Made by a program: the position numbers and the translations under genes. 64,000 nucleotides of DNA from the IMG/VR virus record IMGVR_UViG_2751185397_000002; one strand, given 5' to 3'. This document shows, piece by piece, positions 35,541 through 45,494 of this stretch. Positions within the stretch are counted from its first letter, which is position 1; every line of letters begins with the position of its first letter. The notes beneath the pieces are model-generated. The model was not told where the DNA came from and ran no database searches. It was given only the letters and a program-made list of their open reading frames with translations. This DNA is from an uncultured virus (IMG/VR IMGVR_UViG_2751185397_000002) (lineage: Duplodnaviria > Heunggongvirae > Uroviricota > Caudoviricetes).

Positions 35541-36728
35541 GTGAATAGCAAAAGCATCAATGGTTTTTCAGTTAACGGCAATGGATCGCCTTCTTGGGTG
35601 ATCCATGCCGCTGCTGTCGCCATTGCTACAGCCACGGCCGTCAGCATAGAGCCCAAGCGCACCGCATATGCTTCCGTATTGGCCAATGCTGCGGTAACGG
35701 TTACTGTCAGCGAAAATAAAATCGTTCATGGTTTTGCGGTTGGAAATGCTACGGCATCAGCTGATATTGATCCTAATGTTACTTACGCGGGATCTGTAAA
35801 TGCGACGGCTACCGCAACAAGTAATGTTTTTGCATTGCGGACATTACTGGCAGAAGCGAGCGGAAACGCAACAGCCGACGGTTATGCGCTGGTTGCGCAG
35901 GAGCTCGGCGAAGCCTCAGTTACTTGTGGCTGTTCGGTCATTAATGCCGATGCGCACAGAGTAAAACCGGGAGCGTCCAGTGTCACGGCATCCGCAACAG
36001 GAACAGTATCCGGGGCTGATGTCACCCGATACGGCAGCGTCTCGGCAAACTGCAATGCACTCATTGCCAGCATCGATGCTTCAATAAAGCTCAGTGGCGA
36101 TAGTTTTTATCGCAACGACGGTTATTGCAACGCCATTGCTTCAGCTACGGCAACAATCGACGGCACGAAAACGAGCGTATCAACGACGCTTGGGGTATTC
36201 AGTTTCGGCAATTCCGATGCTTTTAATGCCAATGCGCACATTGTCCATCCTGGGGCCGCGAGTGCAAATGCATCAAGCACCGCACAGCCTACGGTTGCCA
36301 CTATGCGATTCTTCCCGACGGTATCGGCTACCGCTCAGGCCGCGGTAATCAATGCAAACGGTGTGCGCATGGTAATGCCGACCGTATCCGCAGGTGCCGC
36401 AGCCACAGCGAACAGGCCAAAGGCCAAGATGAAGTATGCCGGGTTGGTCAACGCATCAGCAAATGCCGTGGCGGTAAATGCGCTCGGCGGGAAACTGTTT
36501 TACAGCAACGCGAGCAATCAAGCAGGGGCGGTTATATCAAATTGCAATGCAACGGTCATTCAATATGGAAGTGTCACGGCAGCATTGGCCACGGCTATCG
36601 TGGGCAGAGCCTACGGTATTGCCAACTCGGAGATAAGCGCGCCGGACGACCGCTATATGATTGTTGATCCCGTTGATCGCACCATGATTATTGATCCCGA
36701 TGATAGAACCATGTTGGTGGCCGCATGA
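35541..36728 (+). CDS. Ala-rich repetitive fibre protein
   Basis: Ala/Thr/Asn-rich repeats. Confidence 0.65.
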   Translation: MNSKSINGFSVNGNGSPSWVIHAAAVAIATATAVSIEPKRTAYASVLANAAVTVTVSENKIVHGFAVGNATASADIDPNVTYAGSVNATATATSNVFALRTLLAEASGNATADGYALVAQELGEASVTCGCSVINADAHRVKPGASSVTASATGTVSGADVTRYGSVSANCNALIASIDASIKLSGDSFYRNDGYCNAIASATATIDGTKTSVSTTLGVFSFGNSDAFNANAHIVHPGAASANASSTAQPTVATMRFFPTVSATAQAAVINANGVRMVMPTVSAGAAATANRPKAKMKYAGLVNASANAVAVNALGGKLFYSNASNQAGAVISNCNATVIQYGSVTAALATAIVGRAYGIANSEISAPDDRYMIVDPVDRTMIIDPDDRTMLVAA

Positions 36729-37003
36729 ATCTAGGAAGCTTTACGAAACAGCCGATCGATGTCACCGATTACGACGTTGATTACAGTCAGTGGTTGACCT
36801 CCGGGGATAACGTCGAATCTGCGAGGGTTTCAGTAACCCCGGACGGATTAACCGTTGAATCGATATTCGTCAACGATCCAAAGGTGAAAATTTGGGTATC
36901 CGGCGGCGCGAGCGGATCGAAATACAAGCTCACCATCACAACGACAACGGCGGATGGCCGCGTCAAGCAGGATGAATTTAAGATAACGGTTAAAGACACC
37001 TAA
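36725..37003 (+). CDS. Fibre-tail adaptor-like protein
   Basis: DYDVDYSQWL, KIWVSGG, TTADGRVKQDEF. Confidence 0.7.
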   Translation: MNLGSFTKQPIDVTDYDVDYSQWLTSGDNVESARVSVTPDGLTVESIFVNDPKVKIWVSGGASGSKYKLTITTTTADGRVKQDEFKITVKDT

Positions 37004-37005
37004 AA

Positions 37006-37629
37006 ATGGGACAACAGCTATACAAAAACAATGCATTCGGTTCTTTGTCTGGCGGCATATCGGATTCATCGACCGTGATCTCATTGGCAACAGGACAAGG
37101 TGCGCGTTTTCCGTCTCCAACCGGCGGTGATTATTTTCTTGCAACATTGATCGGTGTTGACGGCAACGGCGCAGAAAACGCCTGGGAGATTGTCAAAGTA
37201 ACCGCGCGGGCTACCGATGGATTGACGGTTGTGCGCGGCCAGGAAGGAACCACGGCCGTCGCGTGGTCTGCTGGTGCGCGCATTGAAATGAGAATTACAG
37301 CGGGCACGTTGAGCAACATCGCCACCAGCAGCAATAACGCGATGGCTTATGTCAATTCATCGGCTACGCTGGCGCCAAAGATACATTACTTTATCGATTC
37401 AACATCTGGCAGTTTTGCTGTCAATATGCCGTCATCACCGTCGCTTGGCGACATCGTTGAATTATCGGACGCTTTGTCCAGCTGGGCGGCAAATCCGGTA
37501 ACTCTCAATCGCAACGGATCGAATTTTGTCGATCCTTTTGGCAATTCTCAGGCTGAAAACTTCATTCTCAACGTTGCAGGTCTGACTTTATCGTTCATCT
37601 ACACAGCATCAGGCTGGAGGGCTATCTAA
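37006..37629 (+). CDS. Tail fibre protein
   Basis: WEIVKVTAR, VRGQEGTTA. Confidence 0.7.
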   Translation: MGQQLYKNNAFGSLSGGISDSSTVISLATGQGARFPSPTGGDYFLATLIGVDGNGAENAWEIVKVTARATDGLTVVRGQEGTTAVAWSAGARIEMRITAGTLSNIATSSNNAMAYVNSSATLAPKIHYFIDSTSGSFAVNMPSSPSLGDIVELSDALSSWAANPVTLNRNGSNFVDPFGNSQAENFILNVAGLTLSFIYTASGWRAI

Positions 37630-37630
37630 A

Positions 37631-39196
37631 ATGCAATTGTCAGATTTCAATCCAATAAAGAACACGAGCGGCTTGATTGCGGGCGAATCATTGACCTTCA
37701 AGGATTTGGTCTATCTGGATGCGACCGACGGCAAAGGCAGAAAAGCGGCAATAGCCAACTTTGCGGCTGTCGGCAATGTTGACTTGGGAACCCAGCAAAC
37801 AAATGACAGCACGGGAATGATCATTGCGCAAACCAATGTATCTTCTGCTGTTACCGCTGCTTTTAGCCGTCAAGCCGTCGTGAATAACGAGAATGGTGAA
37901 ATATTCACGCTATCCAATCCTTTTTTGTTGAATAAGTTTTCCGCCAATGGTTCGCTGGTCAATAGCGTTTCCATATCGGCTTTGGCATTCACAAATGACC
38001 ATATTCTTAAACTCAGCAACGGCAACATTGCGTGCATTGGAAAGGATGCGTCATCCATACAAATAGCGGTATTTGATGCAAATCTTGTTACTGTTAAAGC
38101 ATTAACCGCCATTACCGCGTCGAACAATACCTATTTTTCGGCTGTGGCATTATCGGGCGGCGGTTTTGCCGTTGTGTTTCAGGATAGCTCTTCGCCATTG
38201 AACAGCAAGCTGGCGACGTTCGATAATTCAGGCAATGCCGTGCTCTCGCCCACGACGATATGGACAAGAACCGGAGCAAGCGGGAACCAATATCACAAAA
38301 TGATTCAGCTGAGTAATGGCAACTTAGCAATTGCCGTTTCCAGCGTTAACACATCCTCTAGCATAGGACTCTATTATGGCGTTGTAACCACGGCCGGTGT
38401 GTCAGTGCTTTCATTCACTTCACTGGATACCACGTCGGTTTCAATATTCCCTGAAATGGCGATAATGAACGGTTATTTTGCCATCTCAAGGCCAAATGGA
38501 ACCAACCAGAAAGCCTATGTGTTCAACAATTCAGGTGTATTGCAAGGCAGTGAATTCACGTTCGCATCGACCGCTGGTAGCGGCAATTCCAATATAACCA
38601 AGTTGCTATCGGACGGAACTGATTTCTGGCTGATTTGGCATCGCAACACTGATTCTAAATGTGTTACCAGCAAATTACCGGTAACTGGAACCGGCGGAAC
38701 CACGACGATCACGACCATTTCGCCATCACAGTACGGGCTTTATCTGGATGCGTTTTATGAAAACGGTCTTATCTGCGCCATTTCAATGTCCGGATCGTCG
38801 GCTTTATCTCCCGTGATGTGGGTGATTTCAACCAAGACAGGCAGTTTATTGGCCAGCAGCGACACTAAGTTTGGTGTTGCGCCAAGCACTACAAACGGCT
38901 TTTATCCTAGAGTCATACCGGGCGGAGATCGTTCTTTCATCGCCATGTATGACTACACAAACAGTGGTGCCACTAATTTATGTGTTGGCAAGTACGCCAG
39001 AACGGCAATCATCGGGGCTGCTCAGAACTCAGTGGCTGCCGATGCGGCCGTCAGAATGTATTCCGAGGCCGGAGCCTATGAGATTAATCCTATCGGCGGT
39101 GTTGCGACCGGTTTTAATCACGCCGCAAATCCAATCACGGGCAATGCCGGTGCAATTTTGCCGTTGAGCGTTACATTAAAAGGAGTAGGGGGTTAG
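37631..39196 (+). CDS. Tail fibre or receptor-binding protein
   Basis: LSNGNIA/LSGGGFAV/LSNGNLA beta-propeller-like repeats. Confidence 0.65.
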   Translation: MQLSDFNPIKNTSGLIAGESLTFKDLVYLDATDGKGRKAAIANFAAVGNVDLGTQQTNDSTGMIIAQTNVSSAVTAAFSRQAVVNNENGEIFTLSNPFLLNKFSANGSLVNSVSISALAFTNDHILKLSNGNIACIGKDASSIQIAVFDANLVTVKALTAITASNNTYFSAVALSGGGFAVVFQDSSSPLNSKLATFDNSGNAVLSPTTIWTRTGASGNQYHKMIQLSNGNLAIAVSSVNTSSSIGLYYGVVTTAGVSVLSFTSLDTTSVSIFPEMAIMNGYFAISRPNGTNQKAYVFNNSGVLQGSEFTFASTAGSGNSNITKLLSDGTDFWLIWHRNTDSKCVTSKLPVTGTGGTTTITTISPSQYGLYLDAFYENGLICAISMSGSSALSPVMWVISTKTGSLLASSDTKFGVAPSTTNGFYPRVIPGGDRSFIAMYDYTNSGATNLCVGKYARTAIIGAAQNSVAADAAVRMYSEAGAYEINPIGGVATGFNHAANPITGNAGAILPLSVTLKGVGG

Positions 39197-39200
39197 ATAA

Positions 39201-39581
39201 ATGGCACAAATCAGACGTATCAGCTCTGGAGAAGTCATTGAAGTTTCCAGCACTCCTGTTTTTCATAATGGTGTTTGGGATTGCGGCAATCAAAGATTAA
39301 TGGATTCCACGGGCACAGAATACGAACCGGTAAAGTTACCAGCCAAGGTTTCGGTCATAGAATTCAAATTGCTTTTCACAATAGAAGAGCGAGTGGCGAT
39401 CAATGCAGCCAGGGAGACGAATGCAGTTGTCCAGGATTTTTACGCACTATTGGATGATCAACGCACGGAAACGGTTGATTTATCTCTTTCTGCTGTACAA
39501 GAAATGCTCAATTACTTGGTTGATCAAAGCCTGTTAAATCCTGAAAGAAGAACTCAAATACTTTCGTACGTTCCGCAATAA
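39201..39581 (+). CDS. Probable fibre assembly protein
   Basis: FKLLFTIEERVAI, LLNPERRTQIL. Confidence 0.6.
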   Translation: MAQIRRISSGEVIEVSSTPVFHNGVWDCGNQRLMDSTGTEYEPVKLPAKVSVIEFKLLFTIEERVAINAARETNAVVQDFYALLDDQRTETVDLSLSAVQEMLNYLVDQSLLNPERRTQILSYVPQ

Positions 39582-39600
39582 ATGGCACAGGAGCGCATCA

Positions 39601-41568
39601 ATGGCAGGTTTCAAACTCAATGTGTTTTCCGGCATAAGGCCACGCGCGCCGGAATCACTGTTACAGGAAAACGAAGCGACTGACGCAAAGAATTGCGATT
39701 TTGCCTATGGTGAACTGCGCAATACCAAAGGTGGTTTTGAATACCTGACGCTATCCAATTCACCCAAGGGCATATACACGGATAACGGATTAACCTTCTA
39801 TTCGTGGCTCAATGACGCCGACGCTGTGCGTTCTCCGCTGGTCAACGATCCATTCGACCGAGTTTATTTCACACAAGACAATCTTATCCGTGTTGCTTCA
39901 AGAACAGGGACGAGAGTCAACGGAGGTCCGCCGTCGACATCTTATCGCGTGGGCGTTCCACGTCCGTCGGTTGCACCTTCCTTGGTTACTTCGGTCAATG
40001 TGCCCGACGCGAGCAAAGCCAATATTGTTTTTACGTTTCATTGGGAATCTGTCGGGGTTAAGTACCAGGAACAGACGATAAATCCAACCATATTATCCGA
40101 CAGCACGGCGCAATTCACGCCACCGGCACGGGATGAGAGCACGCCATCAACGGCTTTTCCCGTACTGCGCATGACAGCCAGCTGGAAATCAGACGACACG
40201 CTGATATTCGATATTTACACCACCAATTCATCATTCGACAGCTCAACCAATTTATACACGCTCGACATTACCAAAGACCCAGGCGACGGTGTTACGACCT
40301 ACACAGCAAAAATAACGCTGACGATCAATGAAGCGGACAAGGAAGCGCGCGCTTACGTTTACACCTACGTCAACATTTACAATGAAGAGGGGCCGCCAAG
40401 CAGTTACGCGATAACGACGCTGCTGCCCACATTCGAGGTGGATGTCACGGTTGTTAAGGACAGTATTTCAGATTATGCGCCGATCAAGGAAATACGCATT
40501 TATCGCACGCCATCGGGTGCGGATGTCACCGATTTCTATTATGTCGGATCGCTCTACGTGTTGTCGGATTCCGGCTCGCTGGTGTTCAGGGATAACGTTG
40601 CCGGTGCAATGCTCAATGAACTGCTGTCATCGACCAATTATTACGCGCCTCAGCCTGTCAGCGGGTTATCCATACTTCCCAATGGCATATTGATGGCGTT
40701 CGATCAGAAAAATATATACCTGTCCGAACCCTACAAGCCGTGGGCATGGCCACCCGGATACGCGAAACCGTTGCCTTATGAAATCATGGGGCTCATCGTG
40801 GCCGGATCGGGCGCGATTGCGACAACCAAGTCACAGCCTTATCTAGTGTCCGGTGTGTCTCCGGATGCCATGACGGTGAGTAAGATCAATATCGATCAAG
40901 CCGGGGTTTCCAAGTGGTCTATGGCTGTGGCGGATGGCTTGATTGTGTATGCGAGTCATGACGGCATTGTGTCTATCAATGGCGTAACCGGAAGCTTGGT
41001 CGAAAGCCAGAACTTTTTTACGCGGGAAGTGTGGCGGCAGCGCTACGGCAGTGGATTGTCATCCATGCATTTCGCTGTATGGGATGGCCGTCTGGTGGTT
41101 TATTCGCACGATAACGCATTTACGCCGTTCATGATCCGGTTTGATGAAGCCGGTGGAACCATGACGGATTTGCCGGATTTCGTGGCCAAGTGCTCGTTCG
41201 TCAATCCGGTATCCGACCAGTTTTATTATGCCAATGGCAATAAGCTTTATCAGTTCGCCGGTGGTTCGTCGCAGAATGCGACATGGCAATCGGCAGAAAA
41301 GGTTTTATTGCAGCCCTTGAACTTCGGCGCAGCGCAGGCCGTCGTTGAAGGGAATTGGACTATCGAGTTTTGGGCGTATGTAAAAAACTATGCAACCGGA
41401 TTTTTTGAGTATCAATTGAAACACTCTCAAGCCGTCGCAACCGGTCAAACGGATTTCAGGTTGCCATCAGGGTACGAATCCGACCGGTACCGGATCAGGA
41501 TTACCGGGAATGGCCGGTTTCGTGAGTTGCGTGTAGCGCAAACGTTCAAAGAATTGGTCGCGCTATGA
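39601..41568 (+). CDS. Tail tube or nozzle-like protein
   Basis: YVYTYVNIYNEEGPPS, IRIYRT, SEPYKPWAWP, YASHDG. Confidence 0.7.
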   Translation: MAGFKLNVFSGIRPRAPESLLQENEATDAKNCDFAYGELRNTKGGFEYLTLSNSPKGIYTDNGLTFYSWLNDADAVRSPLVNDPFDRVYFTQDNLIRVASRTGTRVNGGPPSTSYRVGVPRPSVAPSLVTSVNVPDASKANIVFTFHWESVGVKYQEQTINPTILSDSTAQFTPPARDESTPSTAFPVLRMTASWKSDDTLIFDIYTTNSSFDSSTNLYTLDITKDPGDGVTTYTAKITLTINEADKEARAYVYTYVNIYNEEGPPSSYAITTLLPTFEVDVTVVKDSISDYAPIKEIRIYRTPSGADVTDFYYVGSLYVLSDSGSLVFRDNVAGAMLNELLSSTNYYAPQPVSGLSILPNGILMAFDQKNIYLSEPYKPWAWPPGYAKPLPYEIMGLIVAGSGAIATTKSQPYLVSGVSPDAMTVSKINIDQAGVSKWSMAVADGLIVYASHDGIVSINGVTGSLVESQNFFTREVWRQRYGSGLSSMHFAVWDGRLVVYSHDNAFTPFMIRFDEAGGTMTDLPDFVAKCSFVNPVSDQFYYANGNKLYQFAGGSSQNATWQSAEKVLLQPLNFGAAQAVVEGNWTIEFWAYVKNYATGFFEYQLKHSQAVATGQTDFRLPSGYESDRYRIRITGNGRFRELRVAQTFKELVAL

Positions 41569-42971
41569 GTGATCTTGCCGACAGATTCAAGGGGATACCT
41601 GGAATACCGGATGGTGTTCTGAATGCGATTGCCGATGAGAATGTGCGCACCGTGCTGCGCGCCATCGCCGACGGCTGGAATGTGCGCAATGGCGTATCCG
41701 GTAACGGCGACAATGCTTTTATCACTAAGAAGGATGTCGAGAATCTGCGCATCGGTTCAGGCGGCAGCGCGCAAACGCTGAAATCGCTGCTGCAAACCGT
41801 AAGCAATGATCAATCCGGAAATTCCGGCGGCGGCACATCGATAAAACCCGGTGACATAGATGGCATATTGTCCGATCTGCAAACTCAGATCATCAATTCA
41901 GCCGTATTCCGTGACCTGGGTGAGCGCGTCGATTACATCGATAAGCCGGGCGGCATATTCGATCAGATCGGTCAAATTGAAGTGGTTGCCAATAATGACC
42001 GGCAATCGCGCATTGATGGCGACACTGCGCTACAAACTAACATTGACAATCTCGGGGTGCGGGTAGATAACTCGGAAACGGCTATCCAATCAGAAACCAC
42101 CCAGCGGGTAAATGCCGACAATGCCATCACTGAGCATGTCAATACGCAATACGCAAGCGTCAATGAAAATATAGGACTCATTCAGACCCAACAAACCACG
42201 ACAGCAAACAATGTGGCGGCTCTGTCCACCAAGACAGATACCATGCAGTCAACCATCAATGGCCACACTGCATCCATAGCCGCAGAATCGACGGCGCGCG
42301 CGGATGCCGACGGGAAACTATTTTCTCAATACACGCTCAAGCTCGATGTAAATGGATTGATCAGCGGGTTTGGCTTGTCATCGTCGGATAGCAGCAGTGA
42401 CTTCCTGATCCGTGCAGACAGATTTTCGATAGTATCGCCCACCTACAACAAGAACAGCCCGAACGCTCAGAAAATAAGAATACCGTTCATCGTTCTTACC
42501 ACGCCGCAAGTGATCAATGGCCGGACGGTACAGCCCGGCGTTTATATCGAGAGTGCAGCGATCAAAGACGGAACGATCGATACCGCAAAGATCGGTGTTG
42601 CAGCGGTCGATACGCTGACCATCAAAGGCAATGCCGTAACCGTGCCGGTGGGCGGTTCCGGTTACGGATACGCGCCGGCCGCTTATTTGTATATGGGGCA
42701 GCCGGGTAAAATTCTGGTTCTGGCGATGGCGAACTGGATTTCACCGCCAGGGGAAGCAGCGGCAAGTGGATATTTGAAAACATTGTGCGATGGCATTTAC
42801 GGACCGGAGGTAGGAATATCGATGGCCGATCAGTTTTCCGGTTCAGCGGTTGCCATTGGCGGATACGATGTAGGGGCCGGGACGCATTCAATATCATTTC
42901 AATACAGCATATCGGGCGGAGCTAGAAACCTGGGCGCTACCGGTTTATTTGCAATAGGGTTGCAGCGATGA
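41565..42971 (+). CDS. Tail tip or fibre protein (DUF1983-like)
   Basis: YTLKLDVNGLISGFGL, IRADRFSI, PFIV, IKDGTIDTAKIG. Confidence 0.75.
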   Translation: MSDLADRFKGIPGIPDGVLNAIADENVRTVLRAIADGWNVRNGVSGNGDNAFITKKDVENLRIGSGGSAQTLKSLLQTVSNDQSGNSGGGTSIKPGDIDGILSDLQTQIINSAVFRDLGERVDYIDKPGGIFDQIGQIEVVANNDRQSRIDGDTALQTNIDNLGVRVDNSETAIQSETTQRVNADNAITEHVNTQYASVNENIGLIQTQQTTTANNVAALSTKTDTMQSTINGHTASIAAESTARADADGKLFSQYTLKLDVNGLISGFGLSSSDSSSDFLIRADRFSIVSPTYNKNSPNAQKIRIPFIVLTTPQVINGRTVQPGVYIESAAIKDGTIDTAKIGVAAVDTLTIKGNAVTVPVGGSGYGYAPAAYLYMGQPGKILVLAMANWISPPGEAAASGYLKTLCDGIYGPEVGISMADQFSGSAVAIGGYDVGAGTHSISFQYSISGGARNLGATGLFAIGLQR

Positions 42972-43381
42972 AAAAGTATGTGCTGTACGAGAAAAAAACC
43001 GGGAAGGTGCTCTCATCCGGAACATCCTTTTATGTGGAGAGGTTGGAAACCGATGAACTTGGCGTAATCATTGATGAATCTGTCAATGATGTGCAAAAAG
43101 TGTACGTGCGTAATGGCCAGATCATGCACATGACCGATAAACCATCACCGTTCCACGAATGGGATTATGTGCGCTCCGCCTGGGTGTTTAGTGAAGAATT
43201 GGCTTGGCGCGATGTCCGCATGAAAAGAAACACACTGCTTCAGCAAAGCGACTGGACGCAATTACCCGATGTTCCAGCGCTTACGATGCAAGCATGGATC
43301 GATTACCGCCAAAAGCTACGCGATATTACAAACCAGCAGGATCCAATGAACATCGTTTGGCCGTCAAAGCCATCGAATTAA
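42968..43381 (+). CDS. Tail fibre assembly chaperone
   Basis: RNTLLQQSDWTQLPDVP...YRQKLRDIT...WPSKP. Confidence 0.85.
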   Translation: MKKYVLYEKKTGKVLSSGTSFYVERLETDELGVIIDESVNDVQKVYVRNGQIMHMTDKPSPFHEWDYVRSAWVFSEELAWRDVRMKRNTLLQQSDWTQLPDVPALTMQAWIDYRQKLRDITNQQDPMNIVWPSKPSN

Positions 43382-43384
43382 TTA

Positions 43385-43858
43385 TTGATGCCTATGATAA
43401 CGATCAGAAAGGCCATACCAAGCGACACCAGTGAATTATGCAGAATGGCGCTTGCCATGCACGAAACTTCACCCATAAAGGATGAAATTCCGCTGGATGT
43501 CAGGAGCTTTATCAGCAAAGTTGCCGATCTGTCGACAGGCGGTTATGGCGTTGTGTTCGTGGCAGAAAAAGAAGACGGCGCGTTATGCGGCATGATCGCC
43601 GGTGAAATAATGCAATTATGGTTCAATCCGGATTACAAAGTGGCGCAAGAGGTTTTTTGGTGGGTTGATAAAGACCATCGCGGGTTGCTGTGGAGATCAC
43701 TGCTTAATTTTCTGGTGAGCTGGGCGACTGAAGAGGGCGGAAACAAACTCAGCATGCGCAGCAGCATGTTCAACGACAACATGAGCAAGCTGGAAAGAAT
43801 TTACAAGAAATTAGGATTTATTTCATATGATGTTTTCTACATCAAGGAGCTGAAATAA
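43385..43858 (+). CDS. GNAT acetyltransferase-like protein
   Basis: IRKAIPSD, WWVDKDHRG, IYKKLGF. Confidence 0.8.
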   Translation: MMPMITIRKAIPSDTSELCRMALAMHETSPIKDEIPLDVRSFISKVADLSTGGYGVVFVAEKEDGALCGMIAGEIMQLWFNPDYKVAQEVFWWVDKDHRGLLWRSLLNFLVSWATEEGGNKLSMRSSMFNDNMSKLERIYKKLGFISYDVFYIKELK

Positions 43859-44424
43859 TGGGGTCGATTTTTGGTGGCAACAAAGCGCAGAAAGCAGCCA
43901 AGAACGCTGCTAACCTGGAAGCGCAGATAGCAAAAGAACAGTGGGATATGTATAAAAACATTTACTCACCAGCAGAACAGCAGCTTGTCAATCAGGTGCA
44001 AAATTACGATACGCCTGAAGCCTACGAGCGAGCGGCAAGCACTGCATCGGGTACTGTGGCGCAACAATTCGGCAAGATGTATGACAGGCTCGGCCGCGTG
44101 CCTGGGCTTGACCCATCTTCACCGGCCGCAACTGCCGCATTAGCCGATTTAAACCTCGGTCAAGGATTGGCGGATGTGGCGGCGCAGAACGATGCGCGCC
44201 AGAATGTCAGGGATACGGCATTCCAGCGCAGGGCGGCCGTTGTCGGCATCGGGCGCGGCATACCTGGACTATCGATAGCTGGATCAGGCGACGCATCACG
44301 CAACCTGCAAAATATTTCAAACTCTCAATTCAGCAAAGGGATTGCCGGTCTTGGTGCAGTCACAAATTTTGCGAAGGATTTGGGCAAGGCTGGAGGACAG
44401 GTAGCCGGTTTGTTTGCTGCTTAA
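43858..44424 (+). CDS. Probable ejection or internal virion protein
   Basis: Gly/Ala-rich, after GNAT as in many podoviruses. Confidence 0.6.
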   Translation: MGSIFGGNKAQKAAKNAANLEAQIAKEQWDMYKNIYSPAEQQLVNQVQNYDTPEAYERAASTASGTVAQQFGKMYDRLGRVPGLDPSSPAATAALADLNLGQGLADVAAQNDARQNVRDTAFQRRAAVVGIGRGIPGLSIAGSGDASRNLQNISNSQFSKGIAGLGAVTNFAKDLGKAGGQVAGLFAA

Positions 44425-44441
44425 TTAAAGGGGATTACAAC

Positions 44442-45476
44442 ATGCCAATAGGCGGATTAATAAACGGAATGTTCGAGGGTATCGACGCAGCCAGAGAACG
44501 GGCATACACCAATGAGATGCGCAAGGCGGCAGTTGCATCGCTACCTGACGCAACCGCAGAAATGAATAGCCGGGCGCGGCTCAATACTGCGATCAATCAA
44601 AGCGGATTAAATCTGGTTGCTCCGCGAGAGCAAAATGCACTCAAGCAGCTACAAAATGAAGGCGCCGGATTGGATGCGGCAGCAGCACGTCAGACGGACG
44701 AACTTGCAACGCAGGCAAACACTGCGCTGATTAATAAAGTGCTTTCTGATCACGCTGTCGAGGATGTCCCGAATGTAGTGGCCGAGCATCGGAACAAACG
44801 CCTATTCAGCAATGTGGATGCGCAGATGGCAGGTATCGCCAAGTTATCCGACCTGCTGAGGATGGGAGATAAGGGCAAGGTCATCAAATTCATGAACGAC
44901 ATGCGCAAGGCCAACCCTGAAATTGGACTAGATGGCGATGTGCATAACGTTACCGTGACCGACGATCCGCAATCAGGCGATTATTTGTTTTCAGCGCTGG
45001 ATAAGCAAGGCAACCCATTATTGCAGATGACTGCATCGCAAATGCAATCCATTAATGACATGGTGCGTCCACGAACCAAGGATGATTTCAAGGTTATGAA
45101 ACCGGGTCAAACTCTGGTCAAGACAAGAAACGGTATTGCGTCTCCGGTTTACACCGCACCAGAATCGCAGCAACAAAAGAATGCCAAGAAAACATCGCTC
45201 GAACAAAACCTGAACATGCTGACTACCAGGTTCGGCATGAATGAAAGGGATGCGCTTGCCTACCTGAACACATCCAAGACCGTGAGCCGAGAGCAATTCA
45301 TTTTGAAAGGCATGCAGGACTTGATTGCCATAGGAAAACAACCATCCGATGAGGATGTAGCAAACTTTGGCAGATTGTACGATAGCACCCGCTCGCAGCC
45401 AGCAGAAGCATCGAATTCACCAGAAACCACTAAGCTTGATCCCAAGATAAAAAGCCTGCTCGGGCTTCCGCCATAA
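44442..45476 (+). CDS. Probable ejection protein
   Basis: Helical Ala/Gln-rich; position. Confidence 0.6.
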   Translation: MPIGGLINGMFEGIDAARERAYTNEMRKAAVASLPDATAEMNSRARLNTAINQSGLNLVAPREQNALKQLQNEGAGLDAAAARQTDELATQANTALINKVLSDHAVEDVPNVVAEHRNKRLFSNVDAQMAGIAKLSDLLRMGDKGKVIKFMNDMRKANPEIGLDGDVHNVTVTDDPQSGDYLFSALDKQGNPLLQMTASQMQSINDMVRPRTKDDFKVMKPGQTLVKTRNGIASPVYTAPESQQQKNAKKTSLEQNLNMLTTRFGMNERDALAYLNTSKTVSREQFILKGMQDLIAIGKQPSDEDVANFGRLYDSTRSQPAEASNSPETTKLDPKIKSLLGLPP

Positions 45477-45494
45477 TCACGAAAGAGGAATGAC

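Noticed and set aside
32292..37540. Other TCGAATT hits (32292, 37519) as late promoters
   Set aside because: No -10-like hexamer at the fixed +20 offset
37631..42971. Diversity-generating retroelement targeting tail fibres
   Set aside because: No reverse transcriptase and no TR/VR pair seen; the 88-bp repeat is identical and tandem
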